Below, piece after piece: positions 57,921 through 64,000 of a DNA stretch of 64,000 nucleotides; position 1 is the first letter of the stretch, and each line of letters opens with the position of its first letter. The notes under the pieces were generated by a model. The model ran no database searches. It saw only the letters and a list, made by a program, of their open reading frames with translations, and was not told the origin of the DNA. Location: IMG/VR virus record IMGVR_UViG_2597490325_000001, positions 160,001 to 224,000 of that record; one strand, given 5' to 3'. Source of the stretch: a virus (Duplodnaviria > Caudoviricetes). The position numbers were made by a program, and so were the translations under genes.

Positions 57921-60707
57921 TTAAGGTTTGTAAGTCATAATAATGTTTTTGGCTAAACCATCATTCAGACTTACATATTTGTAAATAACGCTAAATGCTG
58001 ATCCGGTAGAATAATTCACAAATCCATAAAGTGCAGCAGTATTCTTTATTAAGTCCATTACAAACTGAGATGGATGAGGGATAACGGTATACGAATCATC
58101 TACTAAATTGTACTTAATAGCCCGTTCATAGTTAAGGATAAACATCTCATTTGGGTTTGTAGCCGATAAACACCCAGCAGTATATCTGGCGTCCGGATAT
58201 AATTTTCCAGTATCAGTCCAAGTATTAGTTAAAATATTATAGTATATCTTCCTATTAGGTTGATCGTTTAAGGTATTAAATACATATATTCTTTCATTTA
58301 CATTATCGTAAACAAAAGCAGTGGTACGTATTTTATATGGGCAGTCAGCCATTCTAGTTACAGAATCTGTAGCTGGATTATAACAATAAAGTCTTTCAGA
58401 AGTTGAAGAGTAACCTATACCTTTGGCTTCATTATTACAAAGCCCATAAAAAATTCTTCCATCATTAATTCTTACTGCACTACCATCAGCAAAAGCAATA
58501 CCTAGATTTTCTACCGATACATTAGATAATGACCATGTATTAGTAGAAAGATTTAGTTTATAAAAACGAGAAGACATTGTATCGCTCCAGCTAGTTGGAT
58601 AATTACTTGGTCTTCCATAACCACCTAACATTATCATTTCATTAGGACTACATGGTACTAGAGGGACTTGACCGCCTGGAAATAACTGATTGTCGGATAA
58701 TCTATTTATTCCAGTAGATTTTTTATACGAATACCAACGTTTACTAGAATACATGCAATTATTAGTATAATCGAACCCATAAAACCCTCCAAACAGTAGA
58801 TTACCGTTTGCATCTCTTCCCATACATTCACTTATATAATCTATATAGTTTGCAGTTGCAGCAGATGTGTTATCCTTTAAATCCGCTGAAGAATCATATA
58901 CGTTCATAATACTGGAGGGGATGATCGCATCTATTTCCCAAACGCCTAAAGTGTTATAGTGATACTTGTTGTCATCATAGAAGAAGAAAGACTGACCCGT
59001 TATATTTTGAGTAGTTACTTTAGTGGTACTATTATATGATGGAACGATAGAAGGTTGTCCTATCATTAATCTGCCATCATTTAATTTAGTGGATGGACAA
59101 ATAGCTAAACTAATTGGTGCAGAAGATAGAGCTGAGAAGGTTTTGGTAGTATGATCATAGATAGTCATAGCTAAGTTTGTATTAGCGTAATTGTCCCTAT
59201 TTAGATAAGAATTAAAGTTAACACCTGGTTTATATCCACCGATTATAGCCACTCTATTATCAGATAACTTCTCTAATACAGGTACAGTACATTGTAATGG
59301 ATTTCCAGTTACAGGAGTGAATAGATATGAATTCATATCCCAAATATAGTTTTTAGGGTTATTGTATAGATCTCCGCCATTGAATGCACACGAATCAAAT
59401 GCATGAACAAAGAAAAGATTGTCTACAAGATGTACTACTCTCATATCAAAATTACTAAATACCGTGTCTGATCTAGGAATAAAGTAATTAGCAGTATCTT
59501 TACCAGCCTTAGTCCATTTCTTAGTTTCGGTATTATAAATAAATGGATATCTATAGTATGGTCTATATGTGTTGACATCAATTGATGTATTAAGTGCAGA
59601 GTTATAGCCCAACACCCCACCCATAATTACAATATTTTTTCCATCCGGATGGATAGCTAGACCATACTTATCCCATCCACTTACTGTAGGCGATTTAGTT
59701 TCTATAGACCATAATTCAGTTTTAGGGGAATATCGATAAACGTATTTAGGGTAAGGCCTTAACTCATTTAGTATAGCTGGCGTAAGGTTCTGATTGGGAA
59801 TAGTGGCTCCCGCAATAACACTATAACCGAAGAATACCAGTACATCACCATCTGCCAACGTGACACATTTTGAGTTATTAATCGGGAACCAAGGAAATCT
59901 AGCAGTTTTTCTCATTTCTCCAGTGTATGGGTTGATGATCCATGCATTATTCCAAGTTTTTAAAGTTCCGCCTCCCAAGCCACTAGCACCGTTAGAGTTG
60001 TTCCCTGCAGTACTATTAGCCGCTGGCGAATCCATTTCTAAGAAGAATACATTACCATCTTTTAAAGTAGTCATGTTAGTCATGCCTGGAGCGACATGTA
60101 ACATGTTCATTTCCACAGTATCCCATTTAGAATTACTAATATTATTTTTATAAATTACTGATTTACTTCCAATGAAATCAGAAGTCGTAATAGTTATATC
60201 AGTAGTTTCTATAGAAACTGAAATAAATCCAGAGAAATATACTTCTGCATCCACAGTGGTTTCAATCTGAATAGCCACCCAAGTTTTACTTTGATAAGTA
60301 ACGAACATTACCGTATCATTACTGGAAGCATTTTCTAAATTAGCTCTTGCAATAGAGCTAACGCCTATATTTGCACAAGTGCTAAAAGTCCTAATTTTAT
60401 TAGTATTATCTTTAATAATAAAATCGCCATCAATTACAAAAACACCTGAATCTACAGGAGTTAATAGAATATAATGGAAACCATTTCTAGCAGTCATTGA
60501 GATAGTTTTACCAATAAACTTATTATTAAATTCATAAGTATTACTTGCAATGGTAGCAGTACCTCCGGCAGAGATAAAGTCAGCTACCATTTTATCATTT
60601 GTGTATTCGGCATTATTAGAAGCTAATAAATTATTATCCACTTTAGTTAAAGCGTCATATTTTACTATTCTACCAACGTTCTTAGCTATCTGTCTTGTCT
60701 TAGACAT
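57921..60707 (-). CDS. Kelch-repeat protein 3
   Basis: TTLKDGNV, VTLADGDVLVFFG, IVIMGG, VAIIGG, YCYNPATDSVTRMADCP; late promoter at 60748-60760. Confidence 0.8.
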   Translation of the reverse strand: MSKTRQIAKNVGRIVKYDALTKVDNNLLASNNAEYTNDKMVADFISAGGTATIASNTYEFNNKFIGKTISMTARNGFHYILLTPVDSGVFVIDGDFIIKDNTNKIRTFSTCANIGVSSIARANLENASSNDTVMFVTYQSKTWVAIQIETTVDAEVYFSGFISVSIETTDITITTSDFIGSKSVIYKNNISNSKWDTVEMNMLHVAPGMTNMTTLKDGNVFFLEMDSPAANSTAGNNSNGASGLGGGTLKTWNNAWIINPYTGEMRKTARFPWFPINNSKCVTLADGDVLVFFGYSVIAGATIPNQNLTPAILNELRPYPKYVYRYSPKTELWSIETKSPTVSGWDKYGLAIHPDGKNIVIMGGVLGYNSALNTSIDVNTYRPYYRYPFIYNTETKKWTKAGKDTANYFIPRSDTVFSNFDMRVVHLVDNLFFVHAFDSCAFNGGDLYNNPKNYIWDMNSYLFTPVTGNPLQCTVPVLEKLSDNRVAIIGGYKPGVNFNSYLNRDNYANTNLAMTIYDHTTKTFSALSSAPISLAICPSTKLNDGRLMIGQPSIVPSYNSTTKVTTQNITGQSFFFYDDNKYHYNTLGVWEIDAIIPSSIMNVYDSSADLKDNTSAATANYIDYISECMGRDANGNLLFGGFYGFDYTNNCMYSSKRWYSYKKSTGINRLSDNQLFPGGQVPLVPCSPNEMIMLGGYGRPSNYPTSWSDTMSSRFYKLNLSTNTWSLSNVSVENLGIAFADGSAVRINDGRIFYGLCNNEAKGIGYSSTSERLYCYNPATDSVTRMADCPYKIRTTAFVYDNVNERIYVFNTLNDQPNRKIYYNILTNTWTDTGKLYPDARYTAGCLSATNPNEMFILNYERAIKYNLVDDSYTVIPHPSQFVMDLIKNTAALYGFVNYSTGSAFSVIYKYVSLNDGLAKNIIMTYKP

Positions 60708-60799
60708 AGATAAATCCTTCGTATTAGATTTTCTTTATATAAATATACTAAGAAATTGTTAAAGAACCCCTATAACTTTCATAAGTTATAGGGGTCTTA

Positions 60800-61486
60800 T
60801 TAGTTATCACCAAACATTGAAACAGGTTTTTCAGGCCATACAATTGTAGAAGGATCTACAGTAGAGATTTTATAAACTGCAATACGATATTTCTTCCATT
60901 CAGCCAATTTAGCTTCAACAGCTTCAATATCATCAGCCATTTCAAAGTCAAGCATATCTTGATAAATATTGATATGCTCAAGGGCTTCAGACATCAGAGT
61001 CTGTTTAGTTTTGTTAGCTGCATCGATAGATGCTTGTAGTTTCTTGTTTTCATTGACTACCCACTTAGCACCATCCCACTCATCAAATTCTGAAGTAGGG
61101 GCTAAAAGAGTAAATCCAGTAGGAATATCACCGAAAGAAGTAACCACTTTAGGGGTTTTATCAGTGGTATTATAGATAGTATAGCCTCTATAATCAATTA
61201 CAATCTGCCAACCTTTATAGTCTACTGCACGCAGAATAGCTTGAGGTACACCTGCAGCTACTTTCTGTTTATATTCAGCAAACGGAGGTAAATCCCGATA
61301 AGCATAAGCCGCTACAGTAACACCTACAGGTACATACTCACGGTTACTACCAATATATTCTCTGGTAGTAGAGTGAATATTATAAGTACCCACATAACCT
61401 TCTTTAATACAAAAACCATTACCATCGAAAACAGCTTTGGTCATAGAATCAGGAATGGTTACTTCTTGAAAAATATCAGTTGCCAT
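60800..61486 (-). CDS. Tail fibre assembly protein (Tfa-like)
   Basis: T.EYIGS..EYVP.G, DYRG..Y.T, G.IP.GFTLLAP.SEFDEWDG.KW, L.EWKKYR, I.WPEKP. Confidence 0.9.
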   Translation of the reverse strand: MATDIFQEVTIPDSMTKAVFDGNGFCIKEGYVGTYNIHSTTREYIGSNREYVPVGVTVAAYAYRDLPPFAEYKQKVAAGVPQAILRAVDYKGWQIVIDYRGYTIYNTTDKTPKVVTSFGDIPTGFTLLAPTSEFDEWDGAKWVVNENKKLQASIDAANKTKQTLMSEALEHINIYQDMLDFEMADDIEAVEAKLAEWKKYRIAVYKISTVDPSTIVWPEKPVSMFGDN

Positions 61487-61498
61487 TAAGCTTCTCCT

Positions 61499-63613
61499 TT
61501 ATTTGGCCCTAATAATATAGTTAAATGCAATATTTCGTGGTCTATTTTCATTAGCTGTTGGTACACCACTCTTAGATGCATCAAATGTGAAACCTGAAAC
61601 TCCCCCACCAGCTCCACCACCCCCACCAGAGGAATGTGAAAATCCTGTTCTAATAATATCTAATGCACCTTCATTTGCCCATTTAAATAAATCCGCTGTC
61701 GAAAATGGTTCATCTGAAGAAGAAAGAACGTTTAATTTACCAGTAATATTTCGAATAGCATCCCCCTGATTGGTCAAAATATTTCGTCCAGTATCTACAT
61801 TTCTACCATCGTCCCAACCACGGATAAATTCTCCACGAAGATCAGGTAGGACTCCAGATGGGTAATAGTTTAATAATTTAGGGAAAGCTACCTGATCAAA
61901 AGCACTACCATTAGCTTTCAAAAAGTTTTTAGGTGGAGTTGCTAATGGATAAGGAATTGGTACGCCTATAGGAAGTAAGAGATTATTTGAGAAATCTGTA
62001 TCAGAAAATATTGTAACCCATCCGCTACTAGTGCCATCAGCTCTTAAACAGATAGCAAATACTTGACCTGAAAAATCAACGGCTATTGCAGATTTAGAAT
62101 TTGACCCACCATGATCCATTAAAAGAATATCAGAATATTGTCCAGAAGGTATTCCATTTGTATATGATGAAGAATCACCAAATCTATACATACCGGAAGG
62201 AGCATTTTTTAAAAAAGCAATTAAGTCTTTACCCTCACCAGAAAAAGGTACTCCTGAGCCACCCAAACCAAACGCTCCAACTTGCATCAAACTGCCTGAA
62301 GTGGTATCGGTAATGTTAGTTTGAGCAGTTTTCTGAGCAGCACTACCTAATTCAAGATTAGTACGAGCTATTGATTTATCTGTAAGATCTTTTAAGTTTT
62401 TATCTTTCTGAGCAGCACCAGTAATGCGGCTATCGTCACCTGCAGCAACTGTACCTGTTTCCGTACCAACATTTTTGGTAGCTGAATCACCTAAACCTAG
62501 ATTAGTTCTAGCTTTGGCTTTATCTTTAATATCAGATAAATTATTTTCAGTACCTAATGCTTTTAATTCATTAAGAGTAGGTAAGTTATTTGCCAGATAT
62601 ACCTTGGATAACTCAACTCCGTCAGCGCCATCAATACCTAAAGATAATACGCCATCAGAAGATAAAACTAAATACCCTGTAAGAGTTTTAGATATAGGGA
62701 AAGATAGAACCCCATAATCTTTATCTACTTCAGGTTTATCCGGAGAGTCATCAGTTAATTGGTAGAAAGCGGGTATTACTGATTTAAGCGCAGCAACTTT
62801 ATTATCATTTATACCTAAACCACCATCACCTACAACAATTACATTACCTTTAGCAGTACCTTTATTTAATACAGATGCTGTTCCAAGACCTAGATTTAAC
62901 CTAGCAATTTCCTTATCATCGTCATCTACAATTTCTGAGAAAAGATTTGAGATTTGGAAGAAGGTATCTTTAGCCGTTTCTTTTGAATATACATTCAAAT
63001 CATTTAAGTTAGGTTTATGTTTATCCGTATAAATACTTTCTACAGCAAAAGTTCTAGAAGATGTTCCATAAGAACATCTTAAAACATATGAAGCTTTTTC
63101 ATTAGCTAAGTCTGATACAAAGGCAATAAAACCACCTTTACTGGAAGTACCTGTAGCCATTACATTAATAACTACATTAACGCCTAAGTCTAGGCCAACC
63201 GGAATATTGGTTGCGGCAGCTTTTGCTAATACAATAACTTCATTAGATTTAAATTTATAAGTATTGAAGTCTAACGCTGAAATAATAGTAGATTCTTCTA
63301 AGAAACTATTAAAATCACCTACAGAATATAACTGTCCTTTATCTGTACCCGATTCTTTAAGAGCTGCACTCTTAATTCCTAGATTTTCTCTAGCTTTTGC
63401 TTTATCTGAAATTTCTTCCAAATTACCTTCAATAGTTAAGAAAGTACTTGCTGCTTCAGATGGAGAAATTACAGTTCCATCCCCTTGCTTATAAAATATA
63501 GCCTTTTTATCACCAACTAAGAATAATTCTCCCGGATAAATTCCGGTAATTTCTTCAGAGTTTAAGTTAGGTATAGTTCTAAGAACAAAGGCTATCCTAC
63601 TTAAGTTTGCCAT
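61499..63613 (-). CDS. Tail fibre protein with collar domain
   Basis: NL.D..DK..AR.NLGL repeats, GTVAAGDDSRITGA, collar PIGVPIPYP..PDLRGEFIRGWDDGR, ENRPRNIAFNYI; late promoter at 63660-63672. Confidence 0.9.
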   Translation of the reverse strand: MANLSRIAFVLRTIPNLNSEEITGIYPGELFLVGDKKAIFYKQGDGTVISPSEAASTFLTIEGNLEEISDKAKARENLGIKSAALKESGTDKGQLYSVGDFNSFLEESTIISALDFNTYKFKSNEVIVLAKAAATNIPVGLDLGVNVVINVMATGTSSKGGFIAFVSDLANEKASYVLRCSYGTSSRTFAVESIYTDKHKPNLNDLNVYSKETAKDTFFQISNLFSEIVDDDDKEIARLNLGLGTASVLNKGTAKGNVIVVGDGGLGINDNKVAALKSVIPAFYQLTDDSPDKPEVDKDYGVLSFPISKTLTGYLVLSSDGVLSLGIDGADGVELSKVYLANNLPTLNELKALGTENNLSDIKDKAKARTNLGLGDSATKNVGTETGTVAAGDDSRITGAAQKDKNLKDLTDKSIARTNLELGSAAQKTAQTNITDTTSGSLMQVGAFGLGGSGVPFSGEGKDLIAFLKNAPSGMYRFGDSSSYTNGIPSGQYSDILLMDHGGSNSKSAIAVDFSGQVFAICLRADGTSSGWVTIFSDTDFSNNLLLPIGVPIPYPLATPPKNFLKANGSAFDQVAFPKLLNYYPSGVLPDLRGEFIRGWDDGRNVDTGRNILTNQGDAIRNITGKLNVLSSSDEPFSTADLFKWANEGALDIIRTGFSHSSGGGGGAGGGVSGFTFDASKSGVPTANENRPRNIAFNYIIRAK

Positions 63614-63750
63614 ATTAGTTTATCCTGTGTAATAAATAGTCAATGATTTTCATTGTCAACTATTAAAGTGTTGAATAGAATTAATTAGAATTTATTGAAA
63701 AATATCTCCCCTATAGCCTTAAGAGATTATAGGGGAGATATTAATTATTA

Positions 63751-64000
63751 TTATGCAAAGGGTGGTAAAGGCCATTGGTTGGCAGAGGGATGTATATAAC
63801 CTCTATTATCATGTGCATCATCAATTATCCATTGAGGCACAGATGGTAAAGGCATATCCCACCAATTATCAAGAGTGGGCCAAGTTTTAAAAGCTATACG
63901 TGTAGAAGTAACTTCTTCTTTCTGTTTATCAGTTAAAAGTGTGTCATTAATAGTGTAGTCAGAAAGCATCATTACATCTGTAGCTCGAATAAAGGTATTA
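63751..64000 (-). CDS. Partial tail-fibre assembly chaperone-like protein (start beyond the window)
   Basis: Frame open to the window edge: NTFIRATDVMMLSDY...R..F..WP. Confidence 0.6.
   Translation of the reverse strand, partial: NTFIRATDVMMLSDYTINDTLLTDKQKEEVTSTRIAFKTWPTLDNWWDMPLPSVPQWIIDDAHDNRGYIHPSANQWPLPPFA

Noticed and set aside
93-63494. Short antisense or nested ORFs in the track (e.g. 93..290, 1481..1669, 2790..3095, 3037..3231, 6842..7219, 27659..27943, 51384..51692, 62424..62717)
   Set aside because: Shadows of longer motif-bearing genes, with no RBS or promoter support
49700-63613. Diversity-generating retroelement or invertase shufflon for fibre variation
   Set aside because: No reverse transcriptase, invertase or near-identical nucleotide repeat pair seen
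1-64000. CRISPR array, tRNA or rRNA genes
   Set aside because: No regularly spaced direct repeats or cloverleaf signatures seen in the short intergenic regions; inspection was by eye only
1-64000. Phage nucleus shell (chimallin) or PhuZ tubulin
   Set aside because: No tubulin signature or recognisable chimallin in this window; gene set and promoters fit AR9/phiR1-37-like phages better

Overview
A 64 kb, AT-rich, gene-dense segment of a lytic jumbo myophage of the AR9/PBS1/phiR1-37 type. It encodes split multisubunit RNA polymerase beta and beta-prime subunits, a GroEL-like chaperonin next to a probable sigma-like subunit, primase, RecA/UvsX, NAD-dependent ligase, SSB and a Dda/RecD-like helicase. 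Spanins, an SLT endolysin with a holin, and a P2/Mu-type collar tail fibre with a Tfa chaperone point to a Gram-negative, probably enterobacterial host. Two promoter classes can be read directly from the sequence: early ATATATTAT and late AACA-N6-TA/G. They sort the genes into replication/non-virion RNAP versus virion/lysis classes. Most notable: (1) three tandem giant Kelch beta-propeller paralogs that share an N-terminal domain, each with its own late promoter, beside the tail-fibre genes; (2) several promoter- and/or terminator-bounded structured non-coding transcription units, including a rod-shaped RNA of about 230 nt; (3) an unannotated -1 frame extension of a tail/baseplate assembly chaperone; (4) a perfect 29-bp inverted repeat enclosing a minimal PolB-like gene; (5) a chain of seven overlapping orphan ORFs; (6) an orphan HicB antitoxin. 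No tRNA, rRNA, CRISPR array or intron was recognised. All product calls come from motif recognition by eye, not database searches.
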